NCBI RefSeq assembly: GCF_001949145.1
Contig: NW_019091357.1
Location: 4,302,228-4,366,227 of the forward strand
Length of the DNA: 64,000 bases
Origin: Acanthaster planci
Lineage: Eukaryota
Direction of reading: 5' to 3'
Shown here: in pieces, positions 27,901-40,970 of the stretch
Position numbering within the stretch: the first letter of the stretch is position 1
Layout of the letters: each line of letters opens with the position of its first letter
Notes under the pieces: generated by a model
The model's database searches: none
Told to the model about the DNA's origin: nothing
Seen by the model: the letters and a program-made list of their open reading frames with translations, nothing else
Position numbers and translations under genes: made by a program

Positions 27901-29848
27901 GTTCATCTGGGAATCATAATTATGGTTACACCACTGGTAACAGTAGTATTAGTTACAAGTTTATCAAGACATTGTTCCCATTGGTTTGGACTTGAAAAAG
28001 TACTTCTAAACTTCAGGTGCGTGGAATTTTTAAGAGGCTTAAATTTTTTCACATTGTGTTACCGTTTCATTCAGACGAGGGCCAGTCAATCAACATTCGT
28101 CATCATCTGGTCTAGCCTTATCTGGATCATCGGGTTCTGGGCCAGCTGTTTCCAGGGCGCCACCACCATTACCATCCCGTCCATCACAGCAGAGTTCAGG
28201 GTTCGGCTCCCCTCTCAATCGGTATGGTGGCTTTGGATACAGCAGTGGCTATGGAGGCTTTGGGAACAATTTTGGCAGCTATGGTGGGATGTACGGAGGC
28301 AGCGGCCTGTACGGAGGGGGTTTGTACGGTGGAGGGGGCATGTTTGGGGGAGGGGGATACTACGGACAAGGGCAGTTTGGCCGTGGTGGGGACCCAGGAG
28401 CTTTCAACCAGTTCCTCCGCCAGGCAGAGGAGAACAGCCGGCCGGCCTTCCAGTCCATCGAGAGCATTGTCCAGGCCTTTGGCTCCATCAGCATGATGAT
28501 GGAGTCCACCCTACAGACTGTTTACAACAGCTTCCGGGCCGTGCTGGGCGTTGCCGACCACTTCTCCCGGCTAAAAGTCCACTTGGCCCACATCTTCACT
28601 GCGCTGGCCCTCTTCCGAACACTGCGCTACCTGTACCGGCGGCTGCTGGTGTTTTTGGGCTTACGGAGCCGAGAGTTTGCAGAGGAGCTGTGGAAGGAAG
28701 CACAAGGAGCAGGGACTGGGGAACTGGAGAAGGTTAACGGGCAGAAGAAACCGGGGGCGCCCTCTTGGCCCATTTTCATGTTCTTTGCAGTGGTTGTCGG
28801 TGGACCTTACATCATTTGGAAGCTGCTGTCCTCTGCTGAGAATGACTCACAAGGTGAAGTCATTTCCTCTTACACTTCACAAGACTTAGAAGTTCCAGTC
28901 CTTTTGAAGCAGAACTTAATGACACACTCGCCTCAACAAACTAATTGCCTTCCATATTTCTCATTACAAATGGTGTTTTTTTTATTTACTTGAAATAGAT
29001 CAACCAGCTTGGGCTAGTGGCGAGGACGATCATGTGGTGGCCAGGGCAGAGTTTGACTTTGATGCAGAGGGAAGCAATGAGCTTTCATTCAAAGCAGGTG
29101 CAATGATGAACCTAGCACCCAAAGGTATGTGCAGGTTGGCAACAAAAAGCTCTCAATCACAACCCACTCTTATTGCTTCTAGTAGAGCAGAATGTACCGT
29201 GCAGATATTAATGTGACTCTGAATGAGTCGGAATTGAAGACGAGTTAGTGTGGTTGCCATTGGGCTTGACACACCTATCAAATCATTTGGGTCAAGTGAA
29301 ATTTGCAAAAGAGAGTTGAGAGACACAGTAGGAAGAGGAATTGCCAGCATCACAGATTAGAAATTCCTCTCCAGTCAACCATCTTCACTTGGATTTTGAG
29401 CCTGTTTTTCTTTTAAACAGAGATGCAGCCCAAAGTCAGGGGGTGGGTGTTGGCGAGCGTGGATGGTCAGTCCACGGGCCTGGTCCCTGCAAACTACATC
29501 AAAATCCTGGGCAAGCGGCGCGGCCGGCAGATCCGGGCCGGCCCCGAGGGACAGAATGAGGAGTCCAAGGCCCAATCAGAAACTCCTTCAGAACAGGCAG
29601 TAGCCATGGGTTCAGGCCTACAGGGGAGTAGCACAAGGGCAAGTTCAGCTCTGCCCGCCAGCCACAGCGAATTCAACCTGGCAGCCTTTGATGAGGCCTT
29701 CGTGGAGGCGCCTGCGAGCCACGCCACTGGGCCTGCACTCCCGGCGGGTTTGGACGGTGAGTGGTCTGCCTGGGAGAAGGAACAGACTGAGGTTGGCCCC
29801 AGTGCCCCGTCTGATGGAATGGAGGCGGCTGAAAAATTAAGCGGCTAG
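24956..29848 (+). CDS. PEX13: Peroxisomal membrane protein PEX13, 4 exons, about 470 aa
   Basis: Exons 24956-25035, 28075-28853, 28999-29124, 29421-29848; all GT-AG, phases consistent, 1413 nt in total. N-terminal QKPWE motif, PPPLPSRP, YG-rich tract, Peroxin-13 N domain (AEENSRPAFQSIESIVQAFGSISMMMEST), TM segment SWPIFMFFAVVVGGPYIIWKLL, SH3 domain (WASGEDDHVVARAEFDF...ELSF...QPKVRGW...GLVPANYIKILG). Confidence 0.97.
26533..27005. mobile_element. MITE in PEX13 intron 1 with about 65-bp imperfect TIRs (GGGGTTCAT...ATGAACCCC) and 8-bp TSD
   Basis: Left GGGGTTCATAATACCATTAGCACCCAGTTCCTATAATAAGG matches the reverse complement of the right end, GGGGTTCATTACTTTTAGCACCGTTCCTATTATAAGG. Flanks CACTAATC (26525-26532) and CACTAACC (27006-27013). 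Confidence 0.8.
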
Positions 29849-32780
29849 ATTGTCATCTCAAACCCTGCATTGAGAGAACCACTTTCTCCGATTTTTTTTG
29901 GCCATTGCAACCAGTGTTAATGTCCATGAAGCATGTAACAAAGTTGAAAACTGGCTGCAAAGATTAAATAGACACAGTTTGACCAGTTTGTTTAACCACA
30001 GTTTATTGGGTTCAAAACAACTTGACTGTTTTGAAGAAACACAGAGTTTCCACAGTCATTTCATTTAGTAGACAATAAAAAGGGCATCTCTTTAAGACCT
30101 ATGGTGGTGTTATGAGCTTTCATTCATCATTTGGAAAATTCAGTAGGAAATAAATTTCACTCAAACTAGACTTTATAAAGATCAACAGACAGTGCATACG
30201 TGTGCATCTGATTCTGTGCAGATATGAACAAATACATGTACATTTTTCAATTTCCCAGGGAAAGCTTTGCACACCCTAATGGAAAAAAATTAGTTGATCT
30301 GAACTTCATAATGTTGGCCCTAGAAGTCATTACAGTAGTAAAATATGTGCTGCTCGCACTGCCTGATAAGTTAATAACTTCTCTTACTCCTTTAGCCCTA
30401 AATGCTGAGGGTGTATGTAAAATATTAAAATCAGAGAATTAGGGACTGTTAGGGCTGTTGTAAGTGCCTAGCATCATTTTGTCACCTGTAAACGACCCTC
30501 CAGATCTTCATTTGATTCGTTTATTTTGATTGATTCTAACATGGTCCATAACTGTGTTTTCTGCTTTCCTGCCATACCATTGTGAAGCACATGTACAAGT
30601 TATCATTACAGGCTTTCTTTGCAAAGTGGCTCCAATACTGTATCACGTTTCCCATTGAACAAGTCCGCAGGTGCGTGCAGTCGTCCTTGTTAATCTGCAC
30701 ATTTCCAAAGTGCTTTTAATCCTTATTTGGATCAGATGATCCACTGACTTTGCTAATGTCAGTTTCTATCCTTGAAGTAAGCAAATTTTGAACAACTAAT
30801 TGTGTCTGTTAATACATTGTAGGTGTAAAATAGATAAAGTTCGTTAATTAGAAAATAACTGCCTGGTGTTTTTGTTTTGTTCGTTTTTGGTTGTTTTCTC
30901 TTTTGCTTTCGTCTGTTAAAAAATTAGTTCAGGACGTCGGTATTCTACTTTCAGTATGCCGCCATCCTGAGATAAATTCTCGAGGTTTCAACATCTTGCC
31001 TGTGTATGTGATCTTCCTCGGATAATGATGATTCCTCGGATATTTAATGAAAATAAATGTGAAAACCACAGAAAAAGGTATGTCTGCTGCCACCAGCGTC
31101 TTTAAGTCTCCCATTGGCATCGACGCGAGACATTGAGCTAAGAAGCTCATGCAACATCCCAAGAAACACAGCCAATATGAATTTAATCAAGATCTGCCCG
31201 AGCGAACCGGCATCACGTGGAAGGACGCAAACGTTGAGAGCAATTGGCCCAGCCCTTCCTTAAAATTCAAAGTTTCAGTGCTACGTAACAAATAAAAAAT
31301 ATACTATTCGAACCGATTAATGGATCTCGTGATTGTTTGTAGGGGTTAATAAGTGATATCATTGAAACACTGGTCTTTACAACAAACATGCCCATAAAAC
31401 TACATTGGGGTAAAATGAGCACAACTGACTTGTTTTCGAACGCATTCCAGGCGATCTGAGCTCTCTATTTTCTGACCAAGAACTGAATTCTGACGACGCC
31501 CTATCAGATCAATACTGATAACATACTGAACGCCCTGTAAGATCAATCAAAATAAGGTCTTCAAGACCATTTTAGAGTTCTCAAAGATCAATCACCATCG
31601 GCATATCCAACAGCAGGCTGTACTAACATCAAGGGGTGGCGGTTTTTAAAAATTTTAACAGTAATATAAATAAAAAAAAATTGCACCTCCGACGAGAACA
31701 TTTCAAACGAGTTCTCCGAGTACAAGTTACTCACTCCGAAGCCAACAGCTCAAGACGATGAATGAGCAATGAGACGGTTTATGTCAACAAAGACTAATGA
31801 ATGACTTTTTTCATGTTCCATGAATTTGTTTTCTGTTTAGATTTGGACGATGGAGCAATTAAGGACCAAGCTTCGGTGCATGTTACAACAGAAAATGGTT
31901 ACCAAAATAATTTCAATAATAACAATTTCAAGCCAGTATTTTCTACAAATATCTAAATACTGTCCACTTTTAGAATACTGTAAAAAGTTTAGGTTACGTT
32001 TGCATGTTACCTGTGGGATAACTTTACAAGTATCACACTTGGTCGAGTAAGCTTTTTAGTGATACATTTCTCTTGCCATACATCACTGACATCTATAATT
32101 GTTTCAAAAGGCAGTTTGTGAAATCAGTTACCAAATCGTAGCTCGCTTCTGATGGGTTAGGTTGCGATTCCAGTTACTGTGTCATCTTATTCATGTTTCT
32201 GACAGTAAGAGCCTGGTATATTGTACAGGACAGTCTAGAAAAATTGAGAGTTGCAACGGGATATTGTGGTAAAGAAATTCCTACAGACAAGAAGCTATAC
32301 CTAGCTGCTCATGATGCGTTCAAAGAGGTCTTTCTGGAGAGATCTCCTTCGACCGAAAACGGTTCGTAATGGGCAAATGCGAAGAGGTATCAGGAGAGAG
32401 ACCACAGCAGTGTTGCGCTGCAATTGCGAAATGGGTATAGGTTTGTATCGTGTGAAAATCACGTGTTGCTGTTAACTCTTCCATACATTTACTGTCAGTC
32501 TTGTGTTTTCACAGGTTAACATTTTCGTGACCTGACTTGATCATCTCTTGGATTAACGTGATCTTTATATTTTACACCAGACTGTCCAAAGCTGTAGGTA
32601 CTGCTTCCAAACAACAGAAGTCCCTGTGGAACAAAAGAACTGCTCTGCAAGATAGCTCAAAGCCTACACCAGGCAATGCACACGTTCAAGCCTAGCTGGT
32701 AAAAGTGAAAAGTTTACAAGCCCTATGACACTTTACTGTACAGTCATTATGTTCAAAACTTGGTAGCATTTTTCCTTCCT

Positions 32781-35700
32781 TTAGTGTGCTCTCCGCTCAG
32801 TGTAGATAGCCTCTCCGATGAACAGGGGAATTGATAGGAACACTGCACCACCAAACATGCCCAGGGATATCAGGAAAGAACCCGTCCTTTCCAAAACCCA
32901 ACCTTTGATAAAATTTAGAAGAAAAAAACATTTCGTGAAAGAAACGTAACAATAACTGTCGGATGTGCTTAGAATCGGTGCATCGAAATTTGCATACAGG
33001 AAAATAGGTTTTAATCATTTGTCTTTGGGTGGCACGTGACACGCTACCGTCACATTGTACTGGGTTACTCTGAGTTTGAAGTAAGATAATCAATTGAAGC
33101 TGTAGCTCACTGAGTGCGGACTACCTATTACTCAGCAAAAGTGTGATGTTATCTAATAAAAAAAATGAAATGTCTTCCAAAACTATTACCGTCGCAACAG
33201 CGCCCTCATTGTCATTGAAACTAAGACAAAATTGCCATTTGTGAAAAGCGTGCGCTTTCCACCTAAACGGGTTGTCAGATAGTTTCAGTACATTTTGGGA
33301 GGTACTAAAGTGTCTATCACGGCCCTTTGAAGTTTTTTAATCATTAAATTTCACTAGCATTCACTTCACTGGCATCAGTAATAGACCAATCCATTAAGCC
33401 CCCCGTTGTCTGACCAATCACAGCCGTGATTAATGTCCACCATGCGTGCACAGAAGTCCGACATGAGCGTACGCGCGTATGATGCGAGCGGCTGAAGCAC
33501 GCAGAGTGGTATTGCAGAAGAGTACCAGAGTGGCCACGTACGCAGTGGGTGGGGCTTACTGGATCGGTCAATTAGACAAACAATTAAGTGAAGCCTAGTT
33601 TCCATATGCAATGAATTAAAACCATCGTTGGCAGCACACACACACATTAAAATGCCTGGTACAAAGTGAGAGGGGCGTGCATGCAAGCACGCGTATCTGT
33701 AGCCGCCCACTCTGAAGGACAGAGCTGGCAAATTTGAAAATGATCAACTTTCCCGACTATATGGGTCGAGATAGCTTCGCACGTATATATGTAACTCCAT
33801 ACTGTTCGGTGGCGCTCTCTGCGTCTCTTTTTGCCGATATGGAAACTAGGCCGTAGAGGTTTTCAAAGCAAAAATGACAATTCAAACCTGATATCAATCC
33901 ACCAAGCGCCCCAGCTATGCTCGTAAGCATTCCCTGCCAGCTGAGCATACTCACTAACCGACCATCACTTGACAGAAACCGTACCATCACATCCTCAGCT
34001 TGATACAATATTGCGTAACCGAATCCCGACAGTCCCGTAAGAAGTATCTGTCCAACAAAAGCCTGCTGAACGGCGGCGACCCCCAGGAAAGATATACACA
34101 CCAAGGCTGCTCCAAAGCACGCCCAGGATGTCATGGATGGCTTTATGCCAATCTTAGGCGCAAGGGGCATTGGCAACTTGCCAACAATGTTACCAACGCC
34201 AAACGCAGTGGGAAGAAATGACGCTTGAACTTGGTTCAGACCCTGGAACTGCCCTTGCGCCACCATGAACACCAACCATGCGCTGAATGCAAACGTGGCC
34301 GTAGATCTCCCACAAATCAGCAAAACGAACCTGACATCTGCCATCACCCTGAAGTCAATTGCCTTGACAAAGCGCTTGAAACAGCTCCTCTGAGAAAGGT
34401 CGGGATCTGAACCATTTCTCTGCTGGGAGGGCTCGGCTTGCTCGCCACCGACAGCACCCTCTTCCTCGCTGATTTCCTCCTCATCCCTGGCAGCCACATA
34501 TTGGTACTCCTCATCACTGTCTGGCAAAGTAGGCCTCGATGGATCATGTCGAACCAGCAGGCCACTCGCAACCATGTGGGCCGAGAGAGCTCCCAGTAAG
34601 AGTAAGCATCCTCTCCAACCGTAGGTGTTAAAAAGTACCTGGGTAACGGGCGCGTAAAACATCATACCAATGGGTTCACCCATTGTCGATATTCCAATGG
34701 CTAATGGATACTTCTCCTTGAAGTATGAGGCCATTACAGCAAAACCAATGTACCAGCAGAAAGCAGACCCCACACCTGCACAACAAAATCATCCAGACGT
34801 ACAGTTATAATTATGTAGTTCAAGGAACTCAGAAGAGTCCGTTCAGTTTGGCATCGATCTTAAAGTGGTAAAAGTGCATAATTTCTTTTAAGAACCAAGA
34901 TAACAAAACTCGGGTACTTGGAATTACAGTCTGACGTTACATTGAACATGTTTTTATTTCATTTAGGCCTAAATCCGGTACCGGTATTGAAGTGATTTCC
35001 TCTGCATCGGGGAAAAAAATCTGGGATCGCAATGCTCTTATACCGAGTGATGCCATGCCCCGACAGCCATCTTACCATGCGGGAAAGATGATTGTTGCCA
35101 AGCGTGCCATTGTAACTTGTTGAAAGATTTGGTTCATAACAGCGAAGAGCCTTCATATTATTTGACATGGTAAAATGACCGCTGGTGGCTTCAAAGACCT
35201 ATGTGGGCCGATTACGGGCGCTACAAGTCCGGATGTTTCTGTGACATCCTTGGACACATCTTGATCCTCCGGTCTTCCAATTATTGAAGACCTTGTAGAC
35301 AGTTGGTGGCGGCAAACACTCCAGTTCCAGTTTACGGAATGAGAGCTGGTAAAGGCTGGGTCCGAATCACTTGGCTGAGGCTTGGAACTCCACACGACAC
35401 TATGGGTAGTCAGCCACAATCATAGCACTCGTGCGTAATTTCAAGTAGCAACGAATACTTTGAACCCAGCCTATATGTCTAACACCTACTCAATCAGATG
35501 ATTTACAGAGAAGCTCGTGAGTAGTGTCACCAGTCAGTTACTGTCGGGGTCATCTTAAGCACGGACACATTAACTTAGCTTAGGAGACGTGACGAAACAA
35601 TTTGGGACTGCTTAGAAACGGTTTGCTGGCTGCCACCAAGCATCGAAAAAGCGCCCCATCACGGCTGTGATTTGTTGTGGAAAGCGAAAACAGAATAACT

Positions 35701-37740
35701 TCAAAACCCTTTTTTTATCCAACGCAAACAAGATTTCTACATGTATTTATCTTCGTGATTTTCTAGACCACAAATTTCGTGCAAGACCTATTTTTGAACA
35801 AGACCAAAATGCTCATACATGACCTTTTTCCTCAATGCAAGGATTAATTTTTTTGTGCAGGATCAAACTTGTCCTGCATGACAAGAATTGCCTCGCAAGA
35901 CAAAGTTTTATGATGTAAGACGTTGCTGTTTTGATCGAGCAAAACAAAAGGTTTTCAAACAACACTACATTCACAAGCAAGGCCAAATTTTCGTGCAAAA
36001 CCAACTTGGGCATAACAAACCTGATCTTGCATAGAAATTTGGACCTTGAAGGGCAGCCTGGTATCGCATGAAAATTCTCGTCTCGCAGGGGACACAATGG
36101 GTTTTGCTGGATGTAGTCTTTTCGATATATTTGGTCGGGCAGGAGAAAAATAGTCTTGCATGATTCTCATGTTTCGCCATGTTCGCCATGTTCGCGCGAA
36201 GTCCCCTACAGCCTCGTTTTCAGTTCCAGCTCACAAAAAGTGCATAAATACTAAGAAAGGCCTATACCCCACTACAGCCTGCACTCTAAAGTGATTTTCT
36301 ACCAGTCATTTATATCACAGTGAGGAATTTGGACTTAATAAAAACAAACAAGTTGTACTTTGTATAAAATAAGGACGCTCAATTCGCACAAAATGTTGGA
36401 ACGCTTGGACAAAAGGGATGTACGTGGTGGCTCATGCCATTCCGTAACCACCATTCTCGCAGGACAAGAACGGGCATTATATTCTTGCCCCACGAATGGT
36501 GCGTACATGGGCATTGACCATTCACGTATGGGCATTCTAAAAGACGTCTTTTACCTGCCATTCCAATCACAAAAATGGAGAACAGTGGAACTGAGGGTGA
36601 CACCGCCGTTAGGATGATACCTACAGCGTTGAGAAGTCCACCGAACATCATCATGCGACTACTCCCCAGAAAGCGGGCGAGTGCTGCTACGACAGGTGCT
36701 AGGTATTTCAGACAAACAAGTGCACAAGAATTTATCTTATACTTTCCTGGCATTTGATTTAAAACAAAACAGAACCCAGAGTGAAAGAAAGAAATCTTTT
36801 ACTTGGGGGGGGGGGTTAAGTCACAAATAATGTTTTTCAGGTCATCTCTCTTGTTCAAAGTATCCCGTGCAATGAGTGCTTCTCAGACTTCCTTTTTGAG
36901 CGGCTTTGTGCTCCTTTTCAATGTATGAAAATTGTCGAAAAAGCGTTTTGGAGTTAAATGTACAGAAAAATTAACTTTTCAAGCTTTTTCGGACAACTAA
37001 GAGTGCTGCATCTGCGATGTAAATTAGGGAATTAAGACGCTGGTCCACTGTTCAGCTTACATGTTTCTAGGTTCAAATCCTTAGCCATAAACTGGTTCTT
37101 CGAAAACATTTCTGAGAAAAGGTTGCCGCTGGTTTATTACCACAGTATTTAAGTAACAATAGACTGCCGAAGAATGGAAATTTACTACAATTAAATTATA
37201 AAAATACTGGCAGTTTTTAGTTCAAATCAATGCACCATTGAGGTTTAGGTGCTAGACAACATAGTCTTGAAGATTTGTGTGTTAGCATAAAACCCAAAAT
37301 GCTCTAAAGGACAGATTAAAACTGCAAGCAAAAACAGTGAAAATATGATGAATCGAAAAAAACCCTGCAATTTCAATGGTTGTAGTAAAATGGCCGTATT
37401 AAATGGTCCCATTCAAGCTGATTTGACCACAAAACAGCAACTGGCCATAGGACAAAGGCACCATGTATTATTTAGCTTATCTCAGACTCAAATACATGTA
37501 ATGAGCTCTTAAATGAAAAATGTCCTTACCGATACAGTTTTGCACCATGCCGTACAGAACTGCGATCCAGCCGATGAGCCCCAGGTCACAATTGTAGTCG
37601 TTGCTTATCGGAATAAGCAGGACGCCCAGCGCTTTCAGCTGACCATAGATTACAAAACAGTTGACAAATGCTGCCGCTACCATTACCCATCCCCACTTGT
37701 CGTGGTCCTTAATGACGGGTTTTGCACCAGTTGAAGCCAT
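32781..37740 (-). CDS. SLC16/monocarboxylate-transporter-like MFS protein, copy A, intact, about 454 aa
   Basis: Exons 37740-37530, 36698-36555, 34775-33888, 32902-32781; all GT-AG, all introns phase 1, 1365 nt. MCT hallmarks: D(H)DKWGWVMV in TM1, YFKEKYPLAIG, YGWRGCLLLLGA, acidic central loop, final exon GWVLERTGSF. Confidence 0.92.
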
Positions 37741-38029
37741 CTTGGATGGTATTGATGCAAGCAGTCAACTTCAGCACCCCAGACCTAAAGATCGGCAGAA
37801 CTCATCCATCATTTTCATTGGTCACTTAACATTACGAAGCTTTATCCACTAGCCAGCGGGATTTGTACAGTACATACACGGTACCAGTTCTTTTGTTATT
37901 CATAAGTGTGTCACGTACATGTACATTGTAATTGACAGTTAAAAGTTACCACACTCAAAAAATGTAGCACTTTGGTTTGATCACGTGTGCCTTGCATACG
38001 TCACTTTACAAATAAGTTTGTGGTTTATT

Positions 38030-40008
38030 ATAGAAAGTAGGTTTGCGGTAGCACCATGGACGTATCTCTTTTGTGAGTAGTTGCGGTTCTGAAAAGAACC
38101 AGTGGTACTCGACGTTTCGAGCAGTATGCTCTGCTCGTCATCAGGAGAATGCCGGATACTCACTGGGAGTGGAGGTTTAAGTAGTCTGGTGGAGGATTCT
38201 GGAGACAGGGATTAGTCCGATGATGCGTGAAGTCGGGAACTCTGGAGAAGGGATTAGGCTAGCTCGGTGATGCGGGGCGGTAAACTTACTCACGTGTGGC
38301 AGTACTGATGGGGCTGTGGATGGGTAAACATGGGTGCCAAGGGTATAGAGGACCCATAGGCAGACTAAAGGAAGAACTGGGGCAGGGTGCCAAGGGTATA
38401 GATGACCCATAAGGCGAACTAAGAAGGGTTGAGGATGGGGGTCAGATGTCACTGATGATGAAGCCCGTGTCTTGCGGAACTGTTCTGTTCTTGTGAATCT
38501 CAATTGCCTCACGAACACGACGTGGATGCCATTGTTCTATGTTGGCAATGAGATGGGCTTGTTGCCAGTGGACTTGGTGGTCTTCAGTGCTGGAGTATTT
38601 GATGATGGCAGATTTCTCGAGATCCCCCCGTCGTCCGTGGGCTCGGTGTTCATTGAGTCTGGTAGTGAGATCTCTACCAGTCTNNNNNNNNNNNNNNNNN
38701 NNNNNNNNNNNNNNNNNNNNNNNNNNNNNNNNNNNNNNNNNNNNNNNNNNNNNNNNNNNNNNNNNNNNNNNNNNNNNNNNNNNNNNNNNNNNNNNNNNNN
38801 NNNNNNNNNNNNNNNNNNNNNNNNNNNNNNNNNNNNNNNNNNNNNNNNNNNNNNNNNNNNNNNNNNNNNNNNNNNNNNNNNNNNNNNNNNNNNNNNNNNN
38901 NNNNNNNNNNNNNNNNNNNNNNNNNNNNNNNNNNNNNNNNNNNNNNNNNNNNNNNNNNNNNNNNNNNNNNNNNNNNNNNNNNNNNNNNNNNNNNNNNNNN
39001 NNNNNNNNNNNNNNNNNNNNNNNNNNNNNNNNNNNNNNNNNNNNNNNNNNNNNNNNNNNNNNNNNNNNNNNNNNNNNNNNNNNNNNNNNNNNNNNNNNNN
39101 NNNNNNNNNNNNNNNNNNNNNNNNNNNNNNNNNNNNNNNNNNNNNNNNNNNNNNNNNNNNNNNNNNNNNNNNNNNNNNNNNNNNNNNNNNNNNNNNNNNN
39201 NNNNNNNNNNNNNNNNNNNNNNNNNNNNNNNNNNNNNNNNNNNNNNNNNNNNNNNNNNNNNNNNNNNNNNNNNNNNNNNNNNNNNNNNNNNNNNNNNNNN
39301 NNNNNNNNNNNNNNNNNNNNNNNNNNNNNNNNNNNNNNNNNNNNNNNCCGGTTGCAGGTGGTCTTGGTCGCAGATGTTGTATGCTCGACAGACGAGGGTT
39401 CTGGTGACGGGGGTCTTGATGCTGGGGTGGTGGAATGACCCGTTGTTCAGGTAGCGGTCGGTGTGTGTTGGCTGCCTATACACTGTGCGGGATAGGGTGC
39501 CATCTTGTAGTCTTGAAACCTCGACATCCAAGAATGCAATGCGTCCGTCTTGTTCCTTCTCCATGGTGAACTGGATGTCGTTGTGTTGGCTGTTGAGGTG
39601 TTGAAGGAACAGCTGGAGGTCTTGTGGGCTGTGTGGCCAGACGACGAAAGTGTCGTCCACATACCGGATCCATACGCTGGGCTTGAGGTCCGCGGAGAAG
39701 AGGGCTGTCTGCTCAAATTCTTCTATGAACATGTCTGCCATTACCGGGGATAGAACCGGCAGATGATCAGGAGATCGTGGATGATGTGGTGTGAGGTTGG
39801 TCCGGTCGCTGAGTGAGGGATCTTGAAGTAACCTATCCTTGGCGACAGTGCATGCTTCGGATGTGGGTACATTAGTGAAGAGAGAGACCACATCGAAGCC
39901 GACCATTATGTCTGTGGGGCGTAGAGACAACCCGTCGATAAATTGGGCGAACTGGTCCGAGTTCTTGATATGATGTGGGGTGTTGCCGACCAGAGGGTGA
40001 AAGATTTT
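38030..40008 (-). mobile_element. Degenerate Penelope-like retroelement 1 (RT plus GIY-YIG fragment), interrupted by an assembly gap
   Basis: RT motifs MVGFDVVSLFTNVP, WIRYVDDTF, IQFTMEKE, FLDVEV, YRQPTHTDRYL at 39348-40008. Endonuclease C-terminal part (TGRDLTTRLNEH...SAIIK...RRVREAIEI) at about 38450-38683 with an in-frame TGA. An internal RT deletion removes the MGSP region. The 3' terminal repeat at about 38030-38155 is homologous to that of element 2. Confidence 0.9.
38108..38147 (-). ncRNA. Minimal hammerhead ribozyme in the pseudo-LTR of Penelope-like element 1
   Basis: Minus strand reads CTC CTGATGA C GAGCAG-AGCATA-CTGCTC GAAA CG TC GAG: CUGANGA and GAAA cores, 6-bp helix II, vestigial helix III, GUC cleavage triplet, CTC/GAG helix I. 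Confidence 0.8.
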
Positions 40009-40638
40009 NNNNNNNNNNNNNNNNNNNNNNNNNNNNNNNNNNNNNNNNNNNNNNNNNNNNNNNNNNNNNNNNNNNNNNNNNNNNNNNNNNNNNNNNNNNN
40101 NNNNNCTTTGTGGTTTATGTAAAGGAAAACCCATAAAAGAAATGGTTAGAACGGTTCAAGAGGTTGTCATTGCCTTTGAACACTTCGCTGGCAACAAACG
40201 CCGACTGGCCGAGAGACAGTCACGTGGCATTTGCTCTAGCTCTTTTAGCTACTTTTTGTGCATGGCTAATGACCACCTGTGAATGTGTACACTGGTGGGC
40301 ATGTTTGAACATTGGCTGCGATCCGCAATACGAGCGATTCACAATATAATAGTGCGCCTTCAAGAGTTTTCAATGCGTTCACCAATCACGCTGCGCGAAC
40401 TCTGTCGACCCGTTCCAAATGTGCAGCGCCCGACTAAAATCAAAACTATGGGCAAATTCACCGCTCGGTATAGAGTACTTACGCACAGTTAAAGAATTTT
40501 AAAAGTCTTTTATGTTTTGATAATTCTTTCGAGATAAAAATCCCTGCCTTTCTATCAACAACGCAAGGCAAGGTTTTCCGCATAGTCGCTCGTGATACAC
40601 GTATTCAACTGACGGTGAACACAGCCCATGCTCCAACC

Positions 40639-40970
40639 TATGGTGCTCTATAGCCGCCAATTGTGCGTCGCGTCGTCCCGTCGCTCGACGCCACGACGCG
40701 ACGCTACGACAGCTCTGTCGGCCTAACCCACACTGTATAAAAACCATACAATGACAGGCGACGCAACGCTACGACGACACGACGCAACACTACGACGGCA
40801 CGACGCAACATCACGACGGCACGATACAATGTATTAAACACAGCATAAAAGTAATTAGAAAAGAGGCGTCGCCACGATGCGACGCGACGACGCGACGTAG
40901 ATGTCGTCGCGTCGTGGTGTCGTGGCGACGGGACGACAAGACGCAATTTTGGCGGCTATAGAAAACCATA
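40639..40970. mobile_element. MITE with TATGG...CCATA termini, CGTCG/CGACG subterminal repeats and 6-bp TSD CCAACC
   Basis: TIR TATGGTGCTCTATAGCCGCCAA versus reverse complement TATGGTTTTCTATAGCCGCCAA. CCAACC at 40633-40638 and 40971-40976. Confidence 0.85.

Noticed and set aside
27922..28737. 271-aa plus-strand ORF overlapping PEX13 exon 2
   Set aside because: Alternative frame of a G-rich, low-complexity YG exon starting in intron sequence; no family features.
31841..32440. Exon-like plus-strand pieces, one containing GLSGEISFD (reminiscent of ANF-receptor-type ligand-binding domains)
   Set aside because: The motif is short, the frames are broken by stops and no consistent exon chain could be built. 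A tBLASTx hit would be needed.
35740..36200. Sub-repeat-rich segments (TCGTGCAAGAC-like here; GCCGACTTA at 27220-27370; AAAAGCAGA at 41735-41890)
   Set aside because: Probably MITE interiors, but paired ends and TSDs could not be established, so they are not annotated.
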